Assembly (NCBI GenBank): GCA_965222375.1
Contig: CBDCTZ010000016.1
Span: 2,592,001 to 2,656,000, forward strand
Reading direction: 5' to 3'
Source: Polyangiaceae bacterium
Lineage (GTDB): Bacteria > Myxococcota_A > Polyangia > Polyangiales > Polyangiaceae
DNA: 64,000 nt
Below are positions 19,162 through 29,113 of this stretch, piece after piece. Under the pieces are notes generated by a model that had not been told where the DNA came from, made no database searches, and saw only the letters and a program-made list of their open reading frames with translations. The translations under genes were made by a program, and so were the position numbers. Numbering within the stretch: position 1 is the stretch's first letter; every line of letters begins with the position of its first letter.

Positions 19162-20055
19162 ATGACCATCAGTGTGGAAACCGCGAGCGTCGGTCGGGAC
19201 ACTCAGAGTGTCGCGAAGGCATTGCTTGAGCTCACGAAGCCCGGCGTGACGCGGATGGTGCTGGTTACCAGCGCCGCGGGGGCCCTGGTGGCACCCCAGA
19301 GTCTGCCTTTGGGGCGTTTCGTCCTATGTCTCATCGGGACTGCCATCGTAGTGGGTGCGGCCAATGCGCTCAACATGATGCTGGAACGCGATGTCGACGC
19401 GCTGATGGAGCGCACGCGTAGCCGGCCTTTGCCATCGGGTCGCCTGTCTCCGCAAGAGGCGACGATTTTTGGTGTGCTACTTGCCGTATTCGGGCTCACG
19501 TTTCTCAGCTTTCTGGTGGCCCCCATCACCGGTCTTCTGGCGGCCATTGCCCTGGTTTCCTACGTGTTCGTGTACACACCTCTCAAACGTGTCACGCCCA
19601 TGGCGCTGCACGTTGGTGCGATCCCTGGGGCTGTTCCGCCGCTTCTGGGCTGGACGAGCGTGACAGGGAGTCTGGACGTGCAAGCCCTTTCTCTGTTCCT
19701 GCTCCTGTTCGTCTGGCAGTTGCCGCACTTCCTCGCCATCACGCTGTTCCGGCACGAAGAGTATCGGCGGGCGGGGCTTCGAGTCTACGCCGCGGAACTA
19801 GGCGAGGTTCGCACCCGCCGCGCCATCGTCGCCTACTCCGTACTGATGGTCGCAGTGAGCTTGCTGCCGGCGTACCTCGGGCTCGGCTCGATGGTGTACC
19901 TGGCGGTTGCCCTGGTCGTTGGTATCCCGTTTGTTCTCTTCGCGTTGGTGGGGCTCACGCGCCGCGCCAGCTTGCGCTGGGCCAGGGCGCTCTTCTTTGC
20001 ATCACTGCCGTACCTCGTGGTGGTGTACGGCGCGCTGGTCGTAACCGCACTGTAG
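19162..20055 (+). CDS. cyoE: Protoheme IX farnesyltransferase (heme O synthase)
   Basis: ELTKP, NMMLERDVDALMERTRSRPLPSGR, YTPLKR, WQLPHF. Confidence 0.95.
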   Translation: MTISVETASVGRDTQSVAKALLELTKPGVTRMVLVTSAAGALVAPQSLPLGRFVLCLIGTAIVVGAANALNMMLERDVDALMERTRSRPLPSGRLSPQEATIFGVLLAVFGLTFLSFLVAPITGLLAAIALVSYVFVYTPLKRVTPMALHVGAIPGAVPPLLGWTSVTGSLDVQALSLFLLLFVWQLPHFLAITLFRHEEYRRAGLRVYAAELGEVRTRRAIVAYSVLMVAVSLLPAYLGLGSMVYLAVALVVGIPFVLFALVGLTRRASLRWARALFFASLPYLVVVYGALVVTAL

Positions 20056-20180
20056 ACTCCGCCTGCGGTGGGCTTGTCGATTCAATGCTCGGCTTCCGAA
20101 GCAATTGGTGGAGGTGGCTCCTGTTCGCGCTGGTTTGTTTCGCCATCCCCGCGCTGGCCTATTGGTCCGGTCGCTGAACC

Positions 20181-20621
20181 CTAGCGTTTCTTGCGGAACC
20201 CGCTTCCCATGCGCGGGTCAGCACGGGGGGAGACCAAGGCTTGTCCGTTCGACACCAACACCGCCTGCCGCGATTCCTCCACGGCGATCTCCATCGTACG
20301 GGACAGAGCATGCAAGCCTTCGGCCTTACTCACGAACGTGCCCAGCTCGGACGCTGCCAGGCAAACCTCCGTGTTCGTCGACGCGCTGAAGAAGAGGATG
20401 CACGAGGCCTTCGTGTCGACGAATTCTCGAGCGAGCTCGAGCCCGCTCTCACTTGCCAAGTCTATGTCGAGTACGATGCAATCGAACGGGCCGGTGAGCT
20501 TGCGCGCCTCGGCGGCGTTCGAGGCTGTCTCCACGCTGTGCCCGCGCTGAGTCAAATATCGATGCGCAGCCCGTACCACGGTCCTGTCGTCGTCTACGAG
20601 CAGGCAGCGAAATTGCATCAC
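20181..20621 (-). CDS. Single-domain response regulator receiver
   Basis: LLVDDD, LDIDL..ESG, FFSA, FVSK. Confidence 0.85.
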   Translation of the reverse strand: MMQFRCLLVDDDRTVVRAAHRYLTQRGHSVETASNAAEARKLTGPFDCIVLDIDLASESGLELAREFVDTKASCILFFSASTNTEVCLAASELGTFVSKAEGLHALSRTMEIAVEESRQAVLVSNGQALVSPRADPRMGSGFRKKR

Positions 20622-20671
20622 AATAGAGTTGCAATAGTAGCAGCAAACGGCTCACGCGTCGCTTTGGCAGG

Positions 20672-21742
20672 TCAGTCCTTGGCTTCTGCCTCGAAATCGC
20701 GCTTGGTGGTCATGGCAGGCTTTGCAATGCCCTGGGCGGCACACAAGGGTGCGACCAAGGATGCGATCCCTAGCGCCAGCGCGAGTAGTGGAATGTCGGT
20801 TCCTGCTCTCGGCAGCAACGCTAGGCAAAGCGCCGCACGTCCCAGGGCAGAACGACCGCCGCCCAGAAGGGCGGCGCCGCTACCGAGCAGCAGTGTCGTG
20901 TTGCCCATTTGCTGCAAGGCTGTTGGCAGCAGTGGGTGCGGGTGCCGTGACAACTCGAACACCAGTCGGCTGACTAGGACCAGTACGGAGTCCCCAGATG
21001 AGCTCTGACCGAATTGGGCGGCCAGTGCTCCTAACACGCCCAGCACGACGGGAGCGCCCAACACCATAGCCAAGCTCGGGCGTCGCCTTTGACTGACCCA
21101 GACCGCGCCAACCACGAGCGCGATGATGCCCAAGGCGTAGGTCGCAGTTGCTAGCGCACGGGACACGGCGAACATGCTGGTCAGGGCTTCGGTGCTGGCC
21201 CGCAGCGCAAGTAGCCGGGACATCGTGGCGAAGCCCGCGCCTAGGCCCACTAGGCCGAGGGCAAGGCCAAGCCCCCGAGTCTGGGTGGAGCGAGAGGTGG
21301 TCCACGCGGCGCCCAGCGCCAGGAATCCCACCATCAGAGACAGCCCCAAGCTCAACAAAGCTGCCAGGTGCTGGGTGGAGGCCGCGATTGCGGTTGTCAG
21401 AACGGCAGCAGCGAGGGGCGCTGCGCCGATCCGAAACCCGATCCCGAGACGGTGCTCTCGCAGAACCTCGATCAGCATCCAGAACGCGAAGGAACAGCCC
21501 GCCACCAACGCTAATTGACTGAGCAGCGCCGCGGTCGTCTCGAGCCGTGCGATCCAGTGGCCAATGCCAGACTTCCAGCCCGGCAAGGCGGGTGCGATGA
21601 CTTGGGCGACGCAGGTGGCGAGCCAGAACACCACCGCGACGCCGGTGGCGGCGGTGGCGCGCGCCTGGCTTGCCCGGGGCTGATTGCCGCGGTCCTGCTT
21701 TACCTCGAGCGCGCGGCGCTTCCCCGTGTCCACTGAGTCCAA
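20672..21742 (-). CDS. Polytopic membrane protein of unknown function
   Basis: Multiple hydrophobic helices; follows the TonB-like gene on the same strand. Confidence 0.7.
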   Translation of the reverse strand: MDSVDTGKRRALEVKQDRGNQPRASQARATAATGVAVVFWLATCVAQVIAPALPGWKSGIGHWIARLETTAALLSQLALVAGCSFAFWMLIEVLREHRLGIGFRIGAAPLAAAVLTTAIAASTQHLAALLSLGLSLMVGFLALGAAWTTSRSTQTRGLGLALGLVGLGAGFATMSRLLALRASTEALTSMFAVSRALATATYALGIIALVVGAVWVSQRRRPSLAMVLGAPVVLGVLGALAAQFGQSSSGDSVLVLVSRLVFELSRHPHPLLPTALQQMGNTTLLLGSGAALLGGGRSALGRAALCLALLPRAGTDIPLLALALGIASLVAPLCAAQGIAKPAMTTKRDFEAEAKD

Positions 21743-21754
21743 GGACCCAGGGGT

Positions 21755-23413
21755 TTACCTCAGCGAGGCACGCTTTTCCAGAATGGGAGCGACGGGAGCC
21801 CGACGGCCGTGCCTTTGCTCGTCCTTTCGCTTCGGCGCGTCAGGCGGTGCGACTTCCGGTGGGGCCGACTTTGGCTGCACTTTCAGAATGTATGGACGCG
21901 CGAAGTACGTCGAGCACGCGTAGTAGGGGTTGCGATGGAACTCCCAGTGAAAGTACACATTCCCGTCTGGCGAAATGATCTCTTTGGGCGGGGCTCCGTA
22001 GGGGGAAGCTCGCTGCACGCTCTCGAGGGCGGCGATGTCGAACGCAGTTACACCACTGGTTCGAGTGATCCCCATCCGCACCACCCGGCCATCTTGTTGG
22101 CTCAGCACTATTTCGAGGTGGGTCTTGATGGACGGCCGGTTCATCGGGTGAGTGCCGGCCAGGCTGTCCAAGGAACCCAGGAAGGAGTCAGCGAAGATGG
22201 GGTGGAGACGATTGTGTATCGCGTTCAAGTAGCTGGCGAAGGGCACCCGCGCCGTGTTCAGCGCCGTTTGGTTGCCGGGCCGCACGCTGGGCACGTAGTT
22301 CTCGATCGCGGAACGCCACTTCTCGATCCCCAAGGACTTCCAGGAGCCTCGGTGGGCGCTCTTGCGTCGTTCGGAATCCAGCTTCTTCTCGAGCGCTAGG
22401 CGGTCGCGGCCAATTGCCGCAAAAGCCTGCTTGTGGGTCAGTCCCAGGTTGACGCCTCCGTGCGTGAGCGCCTTGGAGCCCAGGCCGAGCGCTGAAGCGT
22501 TGGGATCGTGTTTTGGCGGCGGCAGCCGCTTCTTGCGCCGCTTGCGCCGCTTCTGTTCTGCTTGCGCCTTTCTGGCGCTGCTCGTCGCGTGCCGCCCGTG
22601 TTTGGACGTGACGGATTCCGGCGCCGCTTCCTGCATGCGCTTCGCCTGTTGGCCCTTCACGCTCTTCTGGGCGGGCCTGGCGGCGGCGGCTGCTGCTGGC
22701 GCCGCCGCACGTTTTGGCGCTTGCGCGGCTTGGGCCGGCTTTGACTCGGTTGGTGGCACCGGGGGCAGTGGATCGGGTGCTTGGTCTGGGTTCCCTTCCC
22801 GGTCCTCGGATTGGGCGACCTTGGTATCTTCGGCGTTGCCTGGCGCGGGTGACGGGCCCGAGTGCTGGCCGCCCGGGGTCGGGTTCGGGTCGTTCTGGTC
22901 GGTGCTCGTAATCCGCGCCTGGGTCTGCTCCTTCACCCGATTGGCCTCATCCGCGATGAATTCGGCGTCGGGGTTGTCTTCCTGTTTCTTGTCCTTGACG
23001 TGCTGCCGGACAGCGATTCGGCTCTTGGGATCCAGAGTCAGCTTCTGCGCCGGATCTTTGGACTTGTCCTTCTTTTCGACCTTGATCGGAACCTTCTTCT
23101 CCTCAGGCTTCGGCTGAGGTTTGGGTTTAGTGGCTAGCGGCTTTGGCTTGTCGGGCTCGACGTCCGCGTCCTCTTCTTCAGGCTCCTCCGGGGGCTCTTC
23201 CTTTTGGGCCTCCTTCTCCGGAGCCGCCTCCTCCTCGAAAAGGGCGACCTCAACTTCGCCGCCGGAGCCCTCGACGTGGCGCGAGACGGTTTGCGCGAAT
23301 CGCGACAAACCCAACACCCGGGTCAAGAATGTCGCGCTTACCCCCATCGCGAAGTGCACGTGCAGGGCCGCAGCGACCCAGAGCGCAAGCGGGATTTTGG
23401 AGTCGCGGACCAT
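21755..23413 (-). CDS. TonB/TolA-like protein with C-terminal TonB_C domain
   Basis: N-terminal TM with His (AAALH), Pro/Glu/Lys linker, C-terminal SGVTAFDIAALESVQRASPYGAPP. Confidence 0.8.
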   Translation of the reverse strand: MVRDSKIPLALWVAAALHVHFAMGVSATFLTRVLGLSRFAQTVSRHVEGSGGEVEVALFEEEAAPEKEAQKEEPPEEPEEEDADVEPDKPKPLATKPKPQPKPEEKKVPIKVEKKDKSKDPAQKLTLDPKSRIAVRQHVKDKKQEDNPDAEFIADEANRVKEQTQARITSTDQNDPNPTPGGQHSGPSPAPGNAEDTKVAQSEDREGNPDQAPDPLPPVPPTESKPAQAAQAPKRAAAPAAAAAARPAQKSVKGQQAKRMQEAAPESVTSKHGRHATSSARKAQAEQKRRKRRKKRLPPPKHDPNASALGLGSKALTHGGVNLGLTHKQAFAAIGRDRLALEKKLDSERRKSAHRGSWKSLGIEKWRSAIENYVPSVRPGNQTALNTARVPFASYLNAIHNRLHPIFADSFLGSLDSLAGTHPMNRPSIKTHLEIVLSQQDGRVVRMGITRTSGVTAFDIAALESVQRASPYGAPPKEIISPDGNVYFHWEFHRNPYYACSTYFARPYILKVQPKSAPPEVAPPDAPKRKDEQRHGRRAPVAPILEKRASLR

Positions 23414-23535
23414 GGTTCAGGAGGATGCGTGCAGGCGCGCCCGAGACAGAAAAACTAACATTCGACCTTGATGCCAGCAATCTAGCGACGTTTTTCGCCG
23501 CGCCAACTGGCGAAACCTCAGTTCTTTCGGGTCCT

Positions 23536-24396
23536 TCAGGGTTTGTCGATGGCGTCGAAGCGGTCGGCGATCTCTTCGGCAGTCCACAGGCCCCCGTCGT
23601 CGTCCTTGAGCACGCCCGCAGATTCCAGGAGGCGAAACACGCTCAGCTTGCCGCCCGCTACCGCGAGGACAAGCCCGGTGCGGTCTGCTGAGAGGCTGCT
23701 TGCCAAGAACAGATGCACTCGAGCCACGTGCTGTGGAGTCAGGCTATCCAGCTTCTCGAACATCGGAAGGTCCTCCGTCAGTCGTGTCTTGGCGATGGGA
23801 GCGACTGCGTTGACGAAGATGCCAAATCGCTGCAGTTCGATGGAAGCCGCGCGAGTCAAACCGTAGATGCCTGCTTTGGCCGCGGAGTAGTTCGCTTGAC
23901 CGAAATTTCCGCGCAATCCCGATACGCTCGTGGTGTTGATGATGCGCCCGCCACCAGCGGTGCGCATGTGTTGCGCGGCTGCTCGAAGGCAGTAGAAAGT
24001 GCCGTTAAGGTGCACGTCGAGCACGCTCCGCCACATGTCGTCGGACAACTTCAGCAGGGTCTTGTCCCGCAGGATCCCAGCGTTGTTGACCAGAACGTCC
24101 ACACCGCCGAAGTGACTGATCGCAGATTGGACGATGGCGTCTGCTCCCGCTGATGTTGCGACCGAGTCCGTGTTCGCGACCGCCTCGCCGCCAGCCTTGC
24201 GGATCTCCTCCACCACTGCGGATGCCGCACCCTCGTCGCCACCCGTCCCGTCCCGGGGGCCGCCTACGTCGTTCACGACAACGCGTGCACCCTCTTCGGC
24301 GAAGGCCAGTGCAGTGGCTCGACCAATCCCGTTGGCTGCACCGGTGATGACGACTCGGGTGCCGCTGAGCAGTGTCATCTTGCTCCAGTCGTTCAT
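23536..24396 (-). CDS. SDR-family oxidoreductase (hydroxyacyl-CoA dehydrogenase-like)
   Basis: TGAANGIG, NNAGILRD, GNFGQANYSAAK. Confidence 0.93.
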   Translation of the reverse strand: MNDWSKMTLLSGTRVVITGAANGIGRATALAFAEEGARVVVNDVGGPRDGTGGDEGAASAVVEEIRKAGGEAVANTDSVATSAGADAIVQSAISHFGGVDVLVNNAGILRDKTLLKLSDDMWRSVLDVHLNGTFYCLRAAAQHMRTAGGGRIINTTSVSGLRGNFGQANYSAAKAGIYGLTRAASIELQRFGIFVNAVAPIAKTRLTEDLPMFEKLDSLTPQHVARVHLFLASSLSADRTGLVLAVAGGKLSVFRLLESAGVLKDDDGGLWTAEEIADRFDAIDKP

Positions 24397-24467
24397 TGCC
24401 GCGCCTGAGTCAAGCGCGTGACTGCCAGGGCTTTACTCAGGCCCTGGGTCAGTCCAGAGTGCGCGGC

Positions 24468-25448
24468 ATGCGAGGCTGGATCTCGTGCTTGGCCGCGGTT
24501 CTGTTGGCCGCGTTTCGAGTTCATGCGACGCCCGTCCGTGCTTCACTGAAGGTCGAGGCGTCCGCGGCACCGGCCTGTCCGGACCGGGCTGACCTCGCGG
24601 AAGCCGTATCCGTTCGCCTGGGCCGTGACCCGTTCGCGGCGACGAACTCCAACATAGAAGTTTCAGTCAGGTACCGAAAAGCAGGGACCTGGCAAGCACT
24701 GGTCCATCTTTCGACAGCCTCAGGGCGCTCCCTGGGTGTGCGTGAGATTTCCACGGATGCCGCCGACTGCGCTGCGCTGCGCGACCCAGTCGCGCTCGTG
24801 GTGGCGCTCTTGGTCGACGTTTCTGCCGACGAGCTGCCCCCGGAACCCGAACCGGCGGTGGACGAGCCCACCCGTCCCACAAAGCGCTCCTTGCGGATTC
24901 CCGCGCCGACGCCGAGGGACCCATCGCTACGGGTACTGTGGGCCGTTTCCGCCAGCGCGTCCGCTGGACTGCTTCCAAATCTGGCCGTCGGCGCCCAGGT
25001 GGGCGTGTGGATCGCGCCGTCGAACTTGGTTGCCGTAGGGCTCGGCCTGCAGTTCTGGCCTTCGCAGCGTGACGAGCTCGCTGGACGCCCCGCCGGTGCG
25101 GATATCCGTGCCGATGCTCTTGCGGCAGAGCTATGCGGTCCTCGATTGGACTTGGACTCCCTGTGGCTGCGCCCGTGCCTCGTCCAGCGCTTCAGTCGAC
25201 TCTCCGCCTCGGCATTCGGCTTCGATTCCAACCGGGAGTCCGGGCGGCTTGCCCTGAGCACGGGCCTTGGTGGCCATATGTTCGTTCCGCTGCTGGGCTC
25301 TTTGGGTGCATTTTCGTCGGTCTCAGCGGACTTTCACTGGCTGAGGGATCGTTTCGTATACGCGCGCTCCGATGGTACACGCGGGGAATTGCACCGCCCG
25401 GCCCCGGTAGTGGGGTTTTTGCAGGTCGGACTCGGGCTAAGCTTTTAG
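24468..25448 (+). CDS. Secreted hypothetical protein with probable C-terminal beta-strand/outer-membrane domain
   Basis: Signal peptide; CPD...C..L...ALVVALLVD N-domain; Pro linker; amphipathic strands ending GLGLSF. Confidence 0.7.
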   Translation: MRGWISCLAAVLLAAFRVHATPVRASLKVEASAAPACPDRADLAEAVSVRLGRDPFAATNSNIEVSVRYRKAGTWQALVHLSTASGRSLGVREISTDAADCAALRDPVALVVALLVDVSADELPPEPEPAVDEPTRPTKRSLRIPAPTPRDPSLRVLWAVSASASAGLLPNLAVGAQVGVWIAPSNLVAVGLGLQFWPSQRDELAGRPAGADIRADALAAELCGPRLDLDSLWLRPCLVQRFSRLSASAFGFDSNRESGRLALSTGLGGHMFVPLLGSLGAFSSVSADFHWLRDRFVYARSDGTRGELHRPAPVVGFLQVGLGLSF

Positions 25449-25458
25449 CGGTAATAAC

Positions 25459-26031
25459 TTGAGCACTGGCCTCCCACTCACTTCTCCAGAGCTGCCCGCA
25501 TCTGAGCGGGCAGAACAACTGGACCGAGGGCGCAATCGTCTGGAGATCGCGGAAGTATTTGGTGAGCACGGTGCATTCGTCTGGCGAGCTTTGCGGCATT
25601 TCGGGATCCGGGAGGCCGACCTGCCCGACATCACTCAAGAGGTCTTCCTGGTCGCTCACCGCAAACTGGCCGACTTCCAAGGGCGCTCGTCCATCAAGAC
25701 CTGGCTCTACGGAATCTGCCTGCGCACGGCCTCAGACTATCGGCGCAAGGCTTACAATCGGCGTGAAGTCGCGGTCGAGGCCTTGCCGGAACAGGCGGCG
25801 GAGCCTCCGCAGCCACAGGCCGTTGAACGCAAACAGCTGCGGCAGCGCATTCAAGCGTTGCTCGATGCCCTCGACGACGACAAGCGTGAGGTCTTCGTTC
25901 TCTACGAGATCGAGGAGCTGCCAATGAAGCAGATAGCCGAAGTGGTTGGGGTGCCGCTGCAGACGGCCTACTCGCGGTTGCACGCCGCCCGGCGTGCGCT
26001 TGCAAAAGAGCTTCAGGGGGGCGACGAGTGA
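25459..26031 (+). CDS. ECF sigma-70 family RNA polymerase sigma factor
   Basis: Region 2 DITQEVF..F.GRSSIKTWLYGI; region 4 REVFVLYEIEELPMKQIAE..TAYSRLHAAR. Confidence 0.93.
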   Translation: MSTGLPLTSPELPASERAEQLDRGRNRLEIAEVFGEHGAFVWRALRHFGIREADLPDITQEVFLVAHRKLADFQGRSSIKTWLYGICLRTASDYRRKAYNRREVAVEALPEQAAEPPQPQAVERKQLRQRIQALLDALDDDKREVFVLYEIEELPMKQIAEVVGVPLQTAYSRLHAARRALAKELQGGDE

Positions 26032-26723
26032 AGGAGCCAGCGCGGCTCAGTGAAGGCTCCGGCGAACTCGCGGCGCTGCTGCGGGACGCTCGCGGGGATC
26101 TGCCGACGCAATCCGAGCTTGCGCAGGTTGCGGCGGAGCTATCGAAATTGCCGCCCATCGTCGCCGGGGGCGCTGGGAGCGCGGGTGCGGCAACCGCAGT
26201 GGGTGTCGGCGGCGGCAAGGTCGTTGCGGTCCTAGTGGTGGCGTGTGGAATATTCGCTGCGTCGATTTATGGCGTCATCAAGACGTCGCGGCCCCGGCTC
26301 GCGCCGGCTGTGCCCATCGTTTCTCACACTCAGACTCCAATCCAAGCCTCTGTGCCGACGACGTCGGCGCAGCTGGCGCCACCCGCGGTCCAGGCCCCCG
26401 CCGTCGAAAAAGAGGCCGAACTCCCTTCGACGCAGCCTGCGCCTGCGGTCAAGCGCGGCCGACCTAGCGAGTCGCAGCTTCTGGACGCCGCCAGGAGCGC
26501 GCTGGCATCTTCGCCGGACCGAGCTCTCGCGCTGACGCAGCGGCATGCCCAGTTGTATCCCAAGGGGGTCCTCGTCCAGGAACGCGAGGTCATCGCGATC
26601 GAGGCATTGAAGCGGAAAGGAAGCGAAAGCGCTGCCCAGAAGCGAGCGACCGGGTTCGAGCGCAAGTTCCCGAATTCACCCCACAAAAACAAGATCGAGA
26701 AGCTCCAAGGCGCCAAGCCTTGA
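26028..26723 (+). CDS. Putative anti-sigma factor (TM, Pro linker, C-terminal helical/TPR-like domain)
   Basis: GTGA overlap with the sigma gene; single TM; E..LLDAARSAL...YPKGVLVQERE C-terminus. Confidence 0.7.
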   Translation: MKEPARLSEGSGELAALLRDARGDLPTQSELAQVAAELSKLPPIVAGGAGSAGAATAVGVGGGKVVAVLVVACGIFAASIYGVIKTSRPRLAPAVPIVSHTQTPIQASVPTTSAQLAPPAVQAPAVEKEAELPSTQPAPAVKRGRPSESQLLDAARSALASSPDRALALTQRHAQLYPKGVLVQEREVIAIEALKRKGSESAAQKRATGFERKFPNSPHKNKIEKLQGAKP

Positions 26724-26761
26724 TAAACCACCGCAGGCCCTGCCACGTACCGTCGAGCGGC

Positions 26762-27679
26762 ATGTCGCGCCCGATCGGCCCCACTTTTCTTCTTTGCGTA
26801 CTCTGCGCTGGCGTACTGAGTTTGGCTTCGGCCTGTGGCGACGACGTCGAAGTCGGTGCGGACGGGACGGGTGGCGGGGCTGGGAGCGGCGCCCAGGCCG
26901 GGTCCGGGGGCGCGGCCGGGGGAGGCGGAAACGCTGCATCTGGCATCGGCGAGTGTCAGGGCAAAGTCTATCAATGTGGTGACCTCCTCGACAACGACGG
27001 TGACGGCCTGGCCGATGCGGCCGACCCAGATTGCCTTGGCCCTTGCGACAACACTGAAGACTCGTACTACGGCGGGATCCCAGGCCAGAACAACGCGCCG
27101 TGTCGGCAGGACTGCTACTTCGACCAAGACACGGGCACGGGCAACGACGAGTGCTACTGGAACCACCAGTGCGATCCCCTCTCAGTAGCGCCCGGCTATC
27201 CTCCCAGCGGCGATAACAAGTGTGGTCACGACCCGAAGGCGAAAACGTCGGGCACGCCAAAGTCCTGCGCGGAGCTGAAGATGTCCCAACTGGCACAGTG
27301 CGAGAGCTATTGCGGGCCCCTGACGCCGAACGGCTGCGATTGTTTTGGCTGTTGCGAGTTGCCCGCGGGTAGTGGCACCCACATCTGGCTGGGCTCCACT
27401 GTCGCGAACGTGGGCAGTTGTGATCGCGCCAGTCTAAGCGACCCGAGCAAGTGCAAACCGTGTACGCCGGTTCCATCTTGTTTCAACGATTGCGGCGAAT
27501 GCGAACTGTGCATTGGCAAGGACGCGCTGCCCGCCAAGTGCGCTCCAGATGCGGGGACCGATGCCGGCGTACCGGCACAATGCCCCACAGGGATCCAGGC
27601 CTGCGGACTCACAGGACAAGAGCCGTGCCCACCGGGTGCGTACTGCATCACCGGCTGTTGCAGACAGGTACCACGCTGA
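26762..27679 (+). CDS. Cys-rich lipoprotein
   Basis: Lipobox ASAC, Gly linker, Cys-rich domain homologous to the C-terminus of 29114-31753. Confidence 0.8.
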   Translation: MSRPIGPTFLLCVLCAGVLSLASACGDDVEVGADGTGGGAGSGAQAGSGGAAGGGGNAASGIGECQGKVYQCGDLLDNDGDGLADAADPDCLGPCDNTEDSYYGGIPGQNNAPCRQDCYFDQDTGTGNDECYWNHQCDPLSVAPGYPPSGDNKCGHDPKAKTSGTPKSCAELKMSQLAQCESYCGPLTPNGCDCFGCCELPAGSGTHIWLGSTVANVGSCDRASLSDPSKCKPCTPVPSCFNDCGECELCIGKDALPAKCAPDAGTDAGVPAQCPTGIQACGLTGQEPCPPGAYCITGCCRQVPR

Positions 27680-27690
27680 AAGGATGAAAC

Positions 27691-29058
27691 ATGAAAGGGT
27701 TGTTGAGAAAGTTCTGCCTCATAGCCATCTCCGTAATGGTGATTTCCTGCGGCAGCGATGATGAGGAGGAGCCCAAGGCTGACACTTGTGATCTCGCCGC
27801 TCAATCGGGCTGCGAAAGTGGTCAAGTATGCGAATCCGGCCCTGACGGAAAGCCAGCCTGCTACGCCCCCGTGAATATTTCCGGGCGGGTATTCGATGTT
27901 TCCGATGACAGCGCCATCGAGGGAGCGCGAGTGGTCGCGCGGGACGCGAACGAAGTTGCCATATCCGGTGTCGCAACAACCGATAAAGACGGAAGGTACA
28001 CACTGCGGGTTCCGGCAGAGCGGAATGCTGACGGCAAGCCGGTCAAGACCGACTACACGCTGCGCGCAGACGCAGCCTCCTATGTGACGTTCCCGAAGGC
28101 ACCAAGAATTGCGCTGCCTGTGGACGTTGCCACCGCGACAGGGGATCCGCTGACGGTTTCCAACGCGGCGACGGATGTCGGGCTGGTGCCTTTGGAAAAC
28201 GCCTCGGGGTTGGGCGCCATTTCCGGAAAAGTCCTTGCGGACAACCCTGGAGGCACTCTGGTGGTTGCAGCTGGGCTCACGGCCACCTCAGACACGGATG
28301 GTGACTACACGATTTTCAACGTACCCGCCGGGTCTCACGAGGTGCGCGGCTACCTCTCGGGAGTCAACCTCGCCGCTCAAAGCGCGGATGTGAAGGCTGA
28401 CGAAACCACCGGCGGCGTGGACATGGATGTACTCGGGGACGCGACTGCGACGGTGAGCGGTAACGTGAACATCGTCAATGCGCCCGGGGGCTCGGTCACC
28501 TCGGTGATCCTCGCGGTCAAGGACACTTTTGTCGCCACCGCGGCCCGAGGCGAAGCACCTCCTGGGCTTCGGGCGGCGGGCGTCACGGGTGCGTTCAGTA
28601 TCGACGGCGTCCCCGACGGAACCTACGTGGTTCTTGCGGCGTTCGAGAACGACGGACTGGTGCGCGACCCGGATGTCAACATCGGTGGAACTGCCATCGT
28701 CGAGGTGACCGCCGCGGGCAACGACGTAACTCTATCTGACAACTTCAAAGTGACCGGAGCATTGGAGGTCTTCGCTCCTGCTGACGGCGCGACATCGTCG
28801 ACGCCCGCTTTCAGCTTCGAGGACGATTCGAGCGAAGAAACCTACACAGTTTGGCTCTTTGACGTGCTGGGCAACGAGGTCTGGAAGAAAGAGGGCATCG
28901 TGGGCCCGAAGGGCAATAAACCCGTCGATGTGAGCTACGACGGGGACATTAATCTCCTGAAACCCAACACCTTCTACCAGTTCCGTGCGGTGAGCATCAA
29001 AGCGGGCTCGGCCATCTCGGCGACAGAGGACTTGAAGGGGGTATTCTTCTTCGAGTAA
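27691..29058 (+). CDS. Lipoprotein with carboxypeptidase-regulatory-like (prealbumin-fold) domains
   Basis: Lipobox VISC; ISGRVFD..IEGARV..TTDKDGRY repeats. Confidence 0.82.
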   Translation: MKGLLRKFCLIAISVMVISCGSDDEEEPKADTCDLAAQSGCESGQVCESGPDGKPACYAPVNISGRVFDVSDDSAIEGARVVARDANEVAISGVATTDKDGRYTLRVPAERNADGKPVKTDYTLRADAASYVTFPKAPRIALPVDVATATGDPLTVSNAATDVGLVPLENASGLGAISGKVLADNPGGTLVVAAGLTATSDTDGDYTIFNVPAGSHEVRGYLSGVNLAAQSADVKADETTGGVDMDVLGDATATVSGNVNIVNAPGGSVTSVILAVKDTFVATAARGEAPPGLRAAGVTGAFSIDGVPDGTYVVLAAFENDGLVRDPDVNIGGTAIVEVTAAGNDVTLSDNFKVTGALEVFAPADGATSSTPAFSFEDDSSEETYTVWLFDVLGNEVWKKEGIVGPKGNKPVDVSYDGDINLLKPNTFYQFRAVSIKAGSAISATEDLKGVFFFE

Positions 29059-29113
29059 TCTGGGGAGTCTCGGACTGTCGGCTACTCAGTTCGCACTGAG
29101 TTAGGGGATCATC